A stretch of DNA of 64,000 bases from assembly GCA_963692975.2 (NCBI GenBank), contig CAXMMR010000027.1, positions 40,887-104,886 of the forward strand. The letters are read 5' to 3'. This document shows positions 9,072 through 17,741 of the stretch, in pieces. A program made the position numbers and the translations under genes. A model generated the notes under the pieces. The model was not told where the DNA came from. It did no database searches and saw only the letters and a list, made by a program, of their open reading frames with translations. Every line of letters starts with the position of its first letter. Within the stretch, counting starts at the first letter, position 1. This stretch comes from Acetobacteraceae bacterium. GTDB taxonomy: Bacteria; Pseudomonadota; Alphaproteobacteria; Acetobacterales; Acetobacteraceae.

Positions 9072-10241
9072 ATGCCAATCCTAGGCATCGAGACCTCCTG
9101 CGACGAGACCGCCGCCGCAATCCTGTCGGACGACGGCGCGATCCTCGCCGAGGCGGTGCTGAGCCAGCAGGAGCACGCGGCCTTCGGCGGCGTGGTGCCC
9201 GAGATCGCCGCGCGCGCCCATCTCGCCCACCTGCCGCGCCTGGTGGCGCAGGTGCGCGAGCAAGCGGCCGTGCCGCTCACCGCCATCGCCGCGACCACCG
9301 GTCCCGGGCTGATCGGCGGCCTGATCGTCGGCAGCGGCTTTGCCCGCGGCCTGGCGCTCGCCACCGGCCTGCCCTTCGTCGCCGTGAACCACCTGGAGGC
9401 GCACGCGCTGACGGCGCGGCTGCCCAGCCTGACAAACGGCCTGACAAACGGCCTGGCGGGCGGCCCGGTCGAGTTCCCCTACCTGCTGTTGCTGGTCTCC
9501 GGCGGCCACTGCCAATGCGTGCTGGTGGAGGCGGTGGGCCGCTACCGCCGCCTCGGCGGCACCATCGACGACGCGGTGGGAGAGGCCTTCGACAAGGTTG
9601 CCAAAATGCTCGGCCTCGGCTGGCCGGGCGGCCCGGCGCTGGAGCGGCTGGCGCTCTCTGGCGACCCCGCCCGGCACGCCCTGCCGCGGCCCCTGTTCGG
9701 CAGGCCCGGCTGCGACTTCAGCTTCTCGGGCTTGAAGACGGCGGTCGCGCAGCTGATCGGCCCGCAAGCCGGCGCCCTGAGGGTCCAGGCGGCGGCCGAC
9801 ATCGCGGCGTCGTTCCAGGCCGCGGTCGCCGCGGTGCTCGCCGACCGGGTCTCGCACGCGCTCGATATGTGCCAAGGTGCGAGGCCGAGTGCGACGCCGA
9901 GTGCGACGCCGAGCGTCGCGGGGTGCCAGGGTGCGACGCCGAGCGTCGCGGGGTGCCAGGATGCGACGCCGAGCGTCGCGGGGATGCAGGTGGACACGCT
10001 GGTGGTCGCCGGCGGCGTCGCGGCGAACGGCGCCGTCCGCACAGCGCTCGCGAGCCTGGCCGCCGCCCGCAGCGTGCGGCTCGTGGCGCCGCCGATCCGG
10101 CTGTGCGGCGACAACGCGGTGATGGTGGCCTGGGCCGGCATCGAGCGGCTGCGCCTCGGCCTCACCAGCGGGCTGGACACGGCGCCTCGCCCGCGCTGGC
10201 CGCTCGAAGCGCTCAGCATCCACCCGGCGACGCCGGGATGA
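9072..10241 (+). CDS. tsaD: tRNA N6-adenosine threonylcarbamoyltransferase TsaD
   Basis: [18 protein letters not shown]...[13 protein letters not shown]...LLLVSGGHC... is TsaD-like. It contains in-frame tandem-repeat insertions (listed separately). Confidence 0.9.
   Translation: MPILGIETSCDETAAAILSDDGAILAEAVLSQQEHAAFGGVVPEIAARAHLAHLPRLVAQVREQAAVPLTAIAATTGPGLIGGLIVGSGFARGLALATGLPFVAVNHLEAHALTARLPSLTNGLTNGLAGGPVEFPYLLLLVSGGHCQCVLVEAVGRYRRLGGTIDDAVGEAFDKVAKMLGLGWPGGPALERLALSGDPARHALPRPLFGRPGCDFSFSGLKTAVAQLIGPQAGALRVQAAADIAASFQAAVAAVLADRVSHALDMCQGARPSATPSATPSVAGCQGATPSVAGCQDATPSVAGMQVDTLVVAGGVAANGAVRTALASLAAARSVRLVAPPIRLCGDNAVMVAWAGIERLRLGLTSGLDTAPRPRWPLEALSIHPATPG
9877..9990 (+). repeat. In-frame tandem repeat inside tsaD (12-bp x2, then 30-bp x3)
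   Basis: GTGCGA(G/C)GCCGA x2, then GTGCGACGCCGAGCGTCGCGGGGTGCCAGG x3 (the third copy has diverged). It encodes [34 protein letters not shown]. Each unit contains the inverted repeat GCGACG-CCGAG-CGTCGC. Confidence 0.9.
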
Positions 10242-11051
10242 ACTACCGCCACGCCTACCACGCCGGCAACGCCGCCGACTGCCTGAAACACGCGCTGCTG
10301 CACTGGCTCGTGCTGGCGATGGCACGCAAGCCGACGCCGTTCCTGGTGCTGGACACGCATGCCGGCGCCGGCCGCACCGACCTCGCCGGCGCCGAGGCGC
10401 TGCGCACCGGTGAGGCCGCCGGCGGCATCCTGCGCCTGCTCGACGACCCGCCATCGGCGCTCATGCCCTATGTCGAGACGGTGCGCTCGCTCGGCCTCTA
10501 TCCCGGCTCACCGGCGCTCATCCGCGCCTGGCTCCGGCCCGGCGACCGCCTCGTCGCCACCGAGCTGCACCAGGCCGAGCACGCCGCACTCCGCCGGCTG
10601 TTCGCCGCCGACCGCCAGGTGGCCGTGCACAGGCGAGACGGCTACGCGTCCCTGCCCGCCTTCCTGCCGCCGCCGGAGCGTCGCGGCCTCATCCTGCTCG
10701 ACCCGCCCTACGAGCAGCCCGACGAGCTCGCCACCCTGGCAAGCGCGCTGCGCAACCGGCCTCGCCCGCTTTCGCACCGGCGTATTCGCCGCCTGGTATC
10801 CGATCAAGGGCCGCGCCCCGATCCGCGCCTTCGAGGCGGCGCTCGCCGGCCTGCCCGACATCGTCGCCGCCGAGCTGCTGGTGCGCGCGCCGACCGACCC
10901 GGCGCGGCTGAACGGCAGCGGCCTGCTGGTGATCAACCCGCCCTACGGCTTCGAGGCCGCCGCCTCGGCCATCCTGGCCGCGCTGCTAAGCCGGCTCGGC
11001 GAGGACAAGCGCGGCGCCGGCATCGAGCTGCGCCGCGTGGCCGGCGAGTAA
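10238..11051 (+). pseudogene. rlmJ: 23S rRNA (adenine2030-N6)-methyltransferase RlmJ, split by an apparent 1-nt frameshift near 10757
   Basis: Frame A (ATG 10238, ATGA overlap with tsaD) reads [18 protein letters not shown]...LILLDPPYEQPDELATLASALRN. RlmJ-like sequence then continues in the +1 frame as GLARFRTGVFAAWYPIKGR...LLVINPPYGFE... to the stop at 11051. The junction is CGC AAC (C) GGC CTC. Confidence 0.7.
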
Positions 11052-11272
11052 AGGAAGAAAGGCCAGAGGCTCTGCCTCTGGACACCGCTGGGGCCTGAGG
11101 CCCCAGGCCCCCATCCGCTTAGCCAACAGGCGGGCGCCTCCTTGCTTTGGGAAAGCCGTTCAATCCAGCCTTCATCGCCAACGACTAAGCCCTTCGTAAA
11201 TGAATAAACAAAGGGGTTTTAAAGGCTTCGCCTTAAATGGGGTCCAGGGTCGAAGCCCATGGCCTTTCTTTC
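11052..11272. repeat. Family-A composite REP/MITE-like element (inverted orientation)
   Basis: AGGAAGAAAGGCCAGAGGCTCTGCCTCTGGACACCGCTGGGGCCTGAGGCCCCAGGCCCC ... TTTTAAAGGCTTCGCCTTAAATGGGGTCCAGGGTCGAAGCCCATGGCCTTTCTT. Confidence 0.85.
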
Positions 11273-11300
11273 TGTCGCAGCCGTTCTAAGAGCATGACGC

Positions 11301-12317
11301 ATGCCATCGGTCGTCGTCATCACCGGCGCCTCCTCCGGCCTCGGTCGGGCGACGGCGCGGCACTTCGCCGCCCAGGGCTGGCGCGTCGGCTTGATCGCCC
11401 GCGGCGCCGCCGTGCTCGCCGCCGCCGCCGCCGAGTGCGCCACCCGCAGCGCGATCGAGTGCGTCGACGTCGTGGATGCCGAGGCCCTGCAGGCCGCGGC
11501 GATACGCCTCGAGGCGGCGCTCGGCCCGATCGCGGTCTGGATCAACTGCGCCGCCGCCGGCGTGTTCGCCCCTTTCGAGCAGGTCAGCGACGCCGAGTTC
11601 CGCCGCGTCGTCGACGTCACCTTTCTCGGCACGGTGAACGGCACCCGCGCCGCCCTCGGCCTCATGCGCCCGCGCAATCACGGCCGGATCCTCAACGTCT
11701 GCTCGGGCACCGCCTATCGCGGCATCGGCCTGCTCTCCTCCTACGTCGCGGCCAAGGCGGCGGTGCGCGGCTTCACCCAGTCGGTGCGCGCCGAGCTCCG
11801 CCACGAACGCAGCGCGGTCAGCATCGGCAGCGCCTTTCCGCCAGCGGTCAACACGCCGTTCTTCCAGCACGCCGCGAACCACATGGGCCGCCCGCCCCGC
11901 CCCGCCCCGCCGGTCTACCAGCCGGCCCCGATCGCCCGCGGCCTCTATCTGGCAGCGCTCAGCCGGCGCGGCGAGCTCCCGCTCGGCGGCATCACCGTGC
12001 TGTTCGAATGGGCCACCCGCCTCGCCCCGTGGCTCACCGACGCGGCGATCGCCCGCCTCGGTTACGAGGGCCAGCTCGTCGACACCCGCGCGGCCACAGC
12101 CCCAACCGAGATGATCCTGTTCGAGCCGACCTTGTTCGAGCCCAGCCGGCGCGATTTCGGCGCCGAAGGCTCGTTCACCGCCGAGGCGCGCCGCCGCAGC
12201 CTGCACATCGCCTGGCGCGCCCTGCTCAGCCGCCGCCCGGGCCGTCGAGCAGCCGCGCCGTCGCCTCCAGCACCCGCCGCCGCAATGCCGCATCCCTCGC
12301 AAGCGGGTTCGCCCTAA
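11301..12317 (+). CDS. SDR family oxidoreductase
   Basis: VVVITGASSGLGRATARHFAAQGWRV is the TGxxxGxG motif, and ...SSYVAAKAAVRGF is the YxxxK motif. Confidence 0.75.
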   Translation: MPSVVVITGASSGLGRATARHFAAQGWRVGLIARGAAVLAAAAAECATRSAIECVDVVDAEALQAAAIRLEAALGPIAVWINCAAAGVFAPFEQVSDAEFRRVVDVTFLGTVNGTRAALGLMRPRNHGRILNVCSGTAYRGIGLLSSYVAAKAAVRGFTQSVRAELRHERSAVSIGSAFPPAVNTPFFQHAANHMGRPPRPAPPVYQPAPIARGLYLAALSRRGELPLGGITVLFEWATRLAPWLTDAAIARLGYEGQLVDTRAATAPTEMILFEPTLFEPSRRDFGAEGSFTAEARRRSLHIAWRALLSRRPGRRAAAPSPPAPAAAMPHPSQAGSP

Positions 12318-13053
12318 CCTCGGCGCAGTCCTTCCAGTAGCGCCCGCTCGGCGCCGTGACGCCCAGCCGCGCGACGTGCAGCGGCGTCTCCGCCCCCTGC
12401 TGCGGGCTGCGCCCGAACCGGCCGATCACCGACCAGGCAAGCCCGACGACCCCGGGCTTGGCCGCCAATCCCGTCCGCACCAGCCCCGGATGCACCACGT
12501 TCGCCACTCCCGGCAGGCGCTCCGCCCAGTCGAACGTCGCCATCATCACCGCCAGCTTGGAGCGGGCATACGCGCCCTGGATGCTCCAACGCCGACGCAT
12601 CTCCAGATCATCCGGATCAATCCGCGCCCGGTCGGAGGTCGAGGAGCCGACGGTGACGATCGCCCCACCGCCCGGCGCCGCAGCCAAAGCCGGCGCTAGC
12701 GTCTCCACCAGCACCGCCGGCGACAAATGGTTCACCGCCAGCACCCGCTCATGCCCCTCCGCCGTCACCTGGCGCTGCGTATCGAGCACGCCGGCGTTCA
12801 GCACCAGCAGATCCACCGCACCCCATCGCGCCGCCGCCGCCCGCCCAGCCCGGCGCGTCTCAGCCAGCAGCGACAAGTCGGCGCTCTCCGCCAGCACCAC
12901 CGCCCCCGGCACCAGCCCCGCCACCCAGCCGCAGCACGCGTCAAGCCGAGCCCGGTCGCGCCCGATCAACACCACCCGGTAGCCGTCCTGCGCCAGGCCT
13001 AACGCGATAAACCGGCCAATGCCGCCGGTGGCGCCGGTCACGACGGCCGTCAA
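12226..13053 (-). CDS. SDR family oxidoreductase
   Basis: TAVVTGATGGIGRFIALGLAQDGYRVVLIGRD...LLVLNAGV...YARSKLAV is SDR-like. The TTG start at 13053 is inferred because the longer ORF start lies in a repeat element. Its 3' end overlaps the convergent SDR gene. Confidence 0.7.
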   Translation of the reverse strand: MTAVVTGATGGIGRFIALGLAQDGYRVVLIGRDRARLDACCGWVAGLVPGAVVLAESADLSLLAETRRAGRAAAARWGAVDLLVLNAGVLDTQRQVTAEGHERVLAVNHLSPAVLVETLAPALAAAPGGGAIVTVGSSTSDRARIDPDDLEMRRRWSIQGAYARSKLAVMMATFDWAERLPGVANVVHPGLVRTGLAAKPGVVGLAWSVIGRFGRSPQQGAETPLHVARLGVTAPSGRYWKDCAEVRANPLARDAALRRRVLEATARLLDGPGGG

Positions 13054-13262
13054 GCAAGGCCAGGGTCCTGCCCTGGACCCGCTGGGGACCGCGCCCCCAG
13101 ACCCGCAACCGTTTGGAGTCAAACACGCAGCTTTCTTGCTTGGCGAAGCCAATCAATCCTCATGCGACAGCACCAGCCGCGCCGTATGGCACGACAGCCA
13201 AATGGATTTTTAAGGCTTCGCCTTTAATCGGGTCCAGGGCTGACAGCCCTGGCCTTCCTTGC
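13054..13262. repeat. Family-A composite REP/MITE-like element (inverted orientation)
   Basis: AAGGCCAGGGTCCTGCCCTGGACCCGCTGGGGACCGCGCCCCCAGACCC...TTGGCGAAGCC...GGATTTTTAAGGCTTCGCCTTTAATCGGGTCCAGGGCTGACAGCCCTGGCCTTCCTTGC. Confidence 0.9.
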
Positions 13263-13294
13263 TTTTTGCCTTTCCGTGAGCCAAGCAGCCGAGC

Positions 13295-14839
13295 ATGCTC
13301 AAGGGCCTGCTCACCGTCGGCGGCTGGACGATGGCCAGCCGGGTGCTGGGCTTCGCGCGCGACATGCTGATCGCCGCCCTGCTCGGCGCCGGCCCGGCGG
13401 CGGACGCCTTCTTCATGGCCAACCGCCTGCCGAACCTGTTCCGCCGGCTGTTCGGCGAGGGCGCCTTCAACGCCGCCTTCATTCCCGTCTTCTCCGGCCT
13501 GCTCGCCCGCGAGGGCCCGGTCACCGCCCGCCGCTTCGCCGAGGAGGCGATCGCCGCGCTGGCCTTCTGGCTGATGGGGCTGACGGTGCTGGGCGAGCTG
13601 TTCATGCCGCAGCTGATGGGCCTGCTCGCCTATGGCTTCACCAACGACCCGCCGAAATTCGCCCTCGCGGTCGAGCTCGGCCGCATCACCTTCCCCTATC
13701 TGTTCCTGATCTGCCTGGCGGCCCTGCTGTCCGGCGTGTTGAATGGGCTCGACCGCTTCGCCGCCGCCGCCGCAGCACCCCTGCTCTACAACGTGTTCTC
13801 CATCGCCGCGATGCTGCTGCTCGCGCCTTATGTGCCGACCGAGGGCCATGCGCTGGCCTGGGGCGTCTCCACCTCGGGCGTCGCCCAGTTGGCGCTGCTC
13901 TACTGGGCGGTCCGTCGCGCCGGCATGACGCTGCACATCCCCCGCCCGCGGATGACGCCGCAGATGCGCCTGCTGCTGCGCCGCATGGCGCCTGGCCTGG
14001 TCGGCGCCGGCGTCACCCAGATCAGCCTCGCGGTCGACGCCTTCGTCGCCTCGCTGCTCCCGCCCGGCTCGGTGTCGCTGCTCTACTACGCCGACCGGGT
14101 GAACCAGCTGCCGCTCGGCGTGCTCGGCACCGCGATGGGCACGGCGCTGCTGCCGCTGCTCTCCCGCCAGGTCGGCGCCGGCGACATGGTGCGCGCCCGC
14201 GAGACGCAGAACCGCGCCATCGAATACGCCCTGGTGCTGACCGTGCCCGCCGCCCTCGCTCTGGCGGTGATCGCCACCCCGATCATGCAGGTGCTGTTCG
14301 CCCGCGGCGCCTTTTCGGTGCATGACGCGACTCTGAGCGCCCAATCCCTCTCGGCCTACGCGCTCGGCCTGCCCGCCTTCGTGCTGGTGAAAGTGCTCGC
14401 CCCCGGCTTCTTCGCCCGCGGCGACATGGCGACCCCGATCCGCGTCGGCGTCGGCGTGCTGGTGCTCAACCTGGCGCTGAACTTCGCCTTTCTTGCGCCG
14501 CTCAAGCATGTCGGCCCGCCGCTCGCCACCACCATCTCCTCCTGCTGCAACGTCGCCGCCCTCACCGTCCTGCTCCGCCGCGCCGGCTATCTCGCCCCCG
14601 ACCGCCGCCTCTGGACCCGCATCGCCCGCATCGCGCTCGCCGCCGCCGCCATGGCCGCCCTGCTCGCCCTCGCCCAACACCCGGTGCTGCAAGCCACCCA
14701 CCACCTACGCTTCGGCGGCCTGATCGGCCTGTCCACGCTGATCACCGGCGGCGTGGCCGTTTACGCCGCCCTTGCACAGGCGATGGGACTCATCGACGTC
14801 AGGCTTGTCACAAGCAAGTTCAGGAAGCGGTTAGCATAA
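13295..14839 (+). CDS. murJ: Lipid II flippase MurJ (MviN)
   Basis: MLKGLLTVGGWTMASRVLGFARDMLIAALLGAGPAADAFFMANRLPNLFRRLFGEGAFNAAFIPVF is MurJ-like, and the protein is multi-TM throughout. Confidence 0.9.
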   Translation: MLKGLLTVGGWTMASRVLGFARDMLIAALLGAGPAADAFFMANRLPNLFRRLFGEGAFNAAFIPVFSGLLAREGPVTARRFAEEAIAALAFWLMGLTVLGELFMPQLMGLLAYGFTNDPPKFALAVELGRITFPYLFLICLAALLSGVLNGLDRFAAAAAAPLLYNVFSIAAMLLLAPYVPTEGHALAWGVSTSGVAQLALLYWAVRRAGMTLHIPRPRMTPQMRLLLRRMAPGLVGAGVTQISLAVDAFVASLLPPGSVSLLYYADRVNQLPLGVLGTAMGTALLPLLSRQVGAGDMVRARETQNRAIEYALVLTVPAALALAVIATPIMQVLFARGAFSVHDATLSAQSLSAYALGLPAFVLVKVLAPGFFARGDMATPIRVGVGVLVLNLALNFAFLAPLKHVGPPLATTISSCCNVAALTVLLRRAGYLAPDRRLWTRIARIALAAAAMAALLALAQHPVLQATHHLRFGGLIGLSTLITGGVAVYAALAQAMGLIDVRLVTSKFRKRLA

Positions 14840-15036
14840 GGCCAGGGCTCTGCCCTGGACCCGCTGGGGCCGTGAGGCCCCAGACCCCTGTTATTTGGAG
14901 TCTCATTTCGTTCTTCCTTGTTTGGCGAAGCCATTCGACTCCTGCTTCGGCCAAACCGAATTATCCGTGTGGAATGAACAACAGAATGGATTTCAAAGGC
15001 TCCGCCTTTGATGGGGTCAAGGGGCAAAGCCCCTTG
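14838..15036. repeat. Family-A composite REP/MITE-like element (inverted orientation)
   Basis: It starts within the murJ stop codon: AAGGCCAGGGCTCTGCCCTGGACCCGCTGGGGCCGTGAGGCCCCAGACCCC...TTGGCGAAGCC...GGATTTCAAAGGCTCCGCCTTTGATGGGGTCAAGGGGCAAAGCCCCTTGCC. Confidence 0.9.
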
Positions 15037-15108
15037 CCTTGCTTGCCTTGCTTGCCTTGCTTGCCTTGCTTGCCTTGCTTGCCTTGCTTGCCTTGCTTGC
15101 CTTGCTTG
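15037..15108. repeat. 9-bp microsatellite (CCTTGCTTG) x8 with partial flanking units
   Basis: Read directly from the sequence. It continues the terminal CCTTGCCTTGC motif of the adjacent family-A element and ends 33 nt before the trpS ATG. Confidence 0.95.
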
Positions 15109-15140
15109 CCTTGCCTTCGCTCCAGTGAGACCTATCCCCC

Positions 15141-16133
15141 ATGCAGCGCGTCCTCTCCGGCATCCAGCCCTCCGGCATCCTCACGCTCGGCAACTATCTC
15201 GGCGCGATCCGCAACTGGGTGGCCTTGCAGCGCGACCATGAGTGCCTGTTCTGCATGGTCGACCTGCATGCCATCACCACCTTCCAGGACCCCGCCGCCC
15301 TGCGCGCCCAGACCCGCGAGAACGCCGCCACCGTGATCGCCTGCGGCATCGACCCTGCGGCGCACATCCTGTTCGTGCAATCCGCCGTCTCGGCGCACGC
15401 CCGCCTCGCCTGGATCTTCAACTGCGTCGCCCGCCTCGGCTGGCTGAGCCGGATGACCCAGTTCAAGGACAAAGCCGGCAAAGACCGCGAAGCCTCCAGT
15501 GCCGGCCTCTACGTCTATCCAAACCTTATGGCCGCTGACATCCACGCCTACCACGCGACACGGGTGCCGGTCGGCGACGACCAGCGCCAGCATCTCGAGC
15601 TCGCCAACGACATCGCCGAGAAGTTCAACCACGATTACGGCGTCGACTTCTTCCCCCGCATCGAGCCGGTGATCCTCGGCCCGGGCGCCCGCGTGATGAG
15701 CCTGCGTGACGGCACCAAGAAGATGTCGAAATCCGATCCCTCGGACCAGAGCCGCATCAACCTCTCCGACGACGCCGACACCATCGCGCAAAAAATCCGC
15801 CGCGCCCGCACCGACCCCGAGCCGCTTCCCTCCGAGCCGGCCGGCCTCGAGGGACGCGCCGAAGCGCGCAACCTGGTCGGCATCTACGCGGCGCTGACCA
15901 ACGCCAGCGTCGAGGCAGTGCTGGCCGAGCACGGCGGCACCGGCTTCAGCACCTTCAAGGACGTGCTGGCCGGCGCCCTCACCGAGATCATCGCGCCGAT
16001 CGCCAGCGACACCCGCCGGCTACTGGACGATCCGGCCCATCTGGACAGCCTGCTGTCAGCAGGTGCGGCGAGCGCCGCCGCGATCGCCGACCCGATCGTG
16101 CGCGAGGCGGAACGTCTCGTCGGCTTGGGATAA
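15141..16133 (+). CDS. trpS: Tryptophan--tRNA ligase
   Basis: [24 protein letters not shown]...[16 protein letters not shown]...KKMSKSD carries the HIGH-like and KMSKS motifs. Confidence 0.92.
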   Translation: MQRVLSGIQPSGILTLGNYLGAIRNWVALQRDHECLFCMVDLHAITTFQDPAALRAQTRENAATVIACGIDPAAHILFVQSAVSAHARLAWIFNCVARLGWLSRMTQFKDKAGKDREASSAGLYVYPNLMAADIHAYHATRVPVGDDQRQHLELANDIAEKFNHDYGVDFFPRIEPVILGPGARVMSLRDGTKKMSKSDPSDQSRINLSDDADTIAQKIRRARTDPEPLPSEPAGLEGRAEARNLVGIYAALTNASVEAVLAEHGGTGFSTFKDVLAGALTEIIAPIASDTRRLLDDPAHLDSLLSAGAASAAAIADPIVREAERLVGLG

Positions 16134-16147
16134 AGCCGCAACGGAGC

Positions 16148-16357
16148 AAGGCCAGGGCCGTCTGCCCTGGACCCGATTAAAGGCGAAGCCTTTAAAATCC
16201 ATTTATCAGCTGTGCCGCACAGCAAAATCTGGTGCCGGTTAGAGATAAATTGTCCGGCTTCGCCAAGCAGAAACAGCCGCCTCCGCCTTTAACAGATCGG
16301 GGGTCTGGGGCCTCAGGCCCCAGCGGTGTCCAGAGGCAGAGCCTCTGGCCTTTCTTC
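16148..16357. repeat. Family-A composite REP/MITE-like element
   Basis: AAGGCCAGGGCCGTCTGCCCTGGACCCGATTAAAGGCGAAGCCTTTAAAATCC...GGCTTCGCCAAGCAG...GGGGTCTGGGGCCTCAGGCCCCAGCGGTGTCCAGAGGCAGAGCCTCTGGCCTTTCTT. Confidence 0.9.
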
Positions 16358-16359
16358 CC

Positions 16360-17505
16360 TTACGAGACGCTCACAGTCACAGTGCGCACCGCCAACGCCA
16401 GCCGGCGATGGTCGCCGCCGCCGCTCACCGCCGCCGGCGCAGCGGCGTCCGGATGGCGCAGACGCAGCAGGTTGAGCCCGTCAGCCCGCCAAAGACCGGT
16501 CGGCACGGTGAACCCCACCGTGCCCTCCTGGCGCAGCTCGACCTCGCCGAGCGGCACGTCGTTGGCCAGCACAGCGAGGCGCTGCACCGCCAGCCGCTCG
16601 CCCCAGACATGCGGCATCAGCGTCAGCGTCACCACGCTCGCGCGCTCGGGCGGCATCGGCGGCAGGCTCAGCGTGCTCTCGTCGTCCACCATCCAGCACA
16701 TGTCGGCCTCGGGGTATGACCAGCCGATGCCCAGCGCGAGCCCGAGGCTGCCACCCTCGCCGAACCGAAACACCAGGTCGGCTCCGCTCGGAGCGGCCAT
16801 CGGCGCCTCATCGTCATCGTCGCGCAGCCACCAGTAATATGACGGTTCGCGCTGGCTCGGCACCTGCGTCGCATAATCGGCGTCGCGCGGGACCGGGTCC
16901 GCCGACTCGCCGTAGCGCTCGCCGATGAGCCCGCGCTCGATATGCGTCGGCGTGAACAGCGGCTCGTGCACGCGGTGGCGCATCACCGCATACGGCCTGG
17001 CGGCAAACGCGGCGAACGCCGCCATCTGGTCCGGCCCGACGAGCTGGATCGCGATCTCCGGAAACTTGTAGCGTTCCGACCAGGGAATGACCCAGCCGCT
17101 CCGATGCGCATCCACCAGCCGGCGCATCCGACGGGAGACCAGAAACGCGTCGGATTCGAGATGCACCACCTTGTCGAAGCCGTGCGCCTGCGCATACAGC
17201 GCGCCGAACGCGAACGAGCGGTGCCAGCCCGGAAAGTCGAACAGCGCCGCCCGGCCAAGCCGGAACTCGTGATGATACAGCACCACCGCCGCGTCGCTCC
17301 GCGCCTCCTGCGGGCTCGGCGCGTCGAACTCGCGAACGATCGCCACATCGTCCCAGTCCGGCAACACCGGCGAGCCGTCATCGACGATCAGCAACTGGTC
17401 CCACTGAATGCCCGGCCGCGACTGCGCCTCGATCCAGGCCCGGTAGCGCGATTGCCAGGCCGCCTGCGTGTCGGCATAGGCGGTGCAGTAGACAAGGGTG
17501 CGCAT
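16360..17505 (-). CDS. Hypothetical protein (possible GT-A-like N-terminal half, unknown C-terminal half)
   Basis: Long ORF with coding-like composition. LLIVDDGSP and HLESDAF are reminiscent of GT-A glycosyltransferase motifs. I recognise no confident family. Confidence 0.45.
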   Translation of the reverse strand: MRTLVYCTAYADTQAAWQSRYRAWIEAQSRPGIQWDQLLIVDDGSPVLPDWDDVAIVREFDAPSPQEARSDAAVVLYHHEFRLGRAALFDFPGWHRSFAFGALYAQAHGFDKVVHLESDAFLVSRRMRRLVDAHRSGWVIPWSERYKFPEIAIQLVGPDQMAAFAAFAARPYAVMRHRVHEPLFTPTHIERGLIGERYGESADPVPRDADYATQVPSQREPSYYWWLRDDDDEAPMAAPSGADLVFRFGEGGSLGLALGIGWSYPEADMCWMVDDESTLSLPPMPPERASVVTLTLMPHVWGERLAVQRLAVLANDVPLGEVELRQEGTVGFTVPTGLWRADGLNLLRLRHPDAAAPAAVSGGGDHRRLALAVRTVTVSVS

Positions 17506-17524
17506 TCAGTGAAATATCGTAATG

Positions 17525-17732
17525 AAGGCCAGGGCTCTGCCCTGGACCCGCTGGGGCCGAAAGGCCCCAGACCCCATCCGATTGGAGCCTAGAGATTGCC
17601 GTTCCAATCTGGCGAAACCACTCGGTTCTCGTATCGACCGCACCGTCCCGGCCCGTCCCGCATGGATGAATAAATGGATTTTAAAGGCTCCGCCTTTAAT
17701 CGGGTCCAGGGCAGACAGCCCTGGCCTTTCCT
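17525..17732. repeat. Family-A composite REP/MITE-like element (inverted orientation)
   Basis: AAGGCCAGGGCTCTGCCCTGGACCCGCTGGGGCCGAAAGGCCCCAGACCCC...CTGGCGAAACC...GGATTTTAAAGGCTCCGCCTTTAATCGGGTCCAGGGCAGACAGCCCTGGCCTTTCC. Confidence 0.9.
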
Positions 17733-17741
17733 GCCGTACCC

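Noticed and set aside
15037-15108. Possible CRISPR array (also considered for 31875..31982, 9877..9990 and 63464..63547)
   Set aside because: The units are contiguous with no unique spacers. The unit lengths (9-30 bp) and lack of a leader or cas genes are incompatible with CRISPR. These are simple tandem repeats.
14872-15336. ORF containing (LPC)n
   Set aside because: The repeat peptide comes from the 9-bp microsatellite, and the rest of the ORF overlaps the trpS start out of frame.
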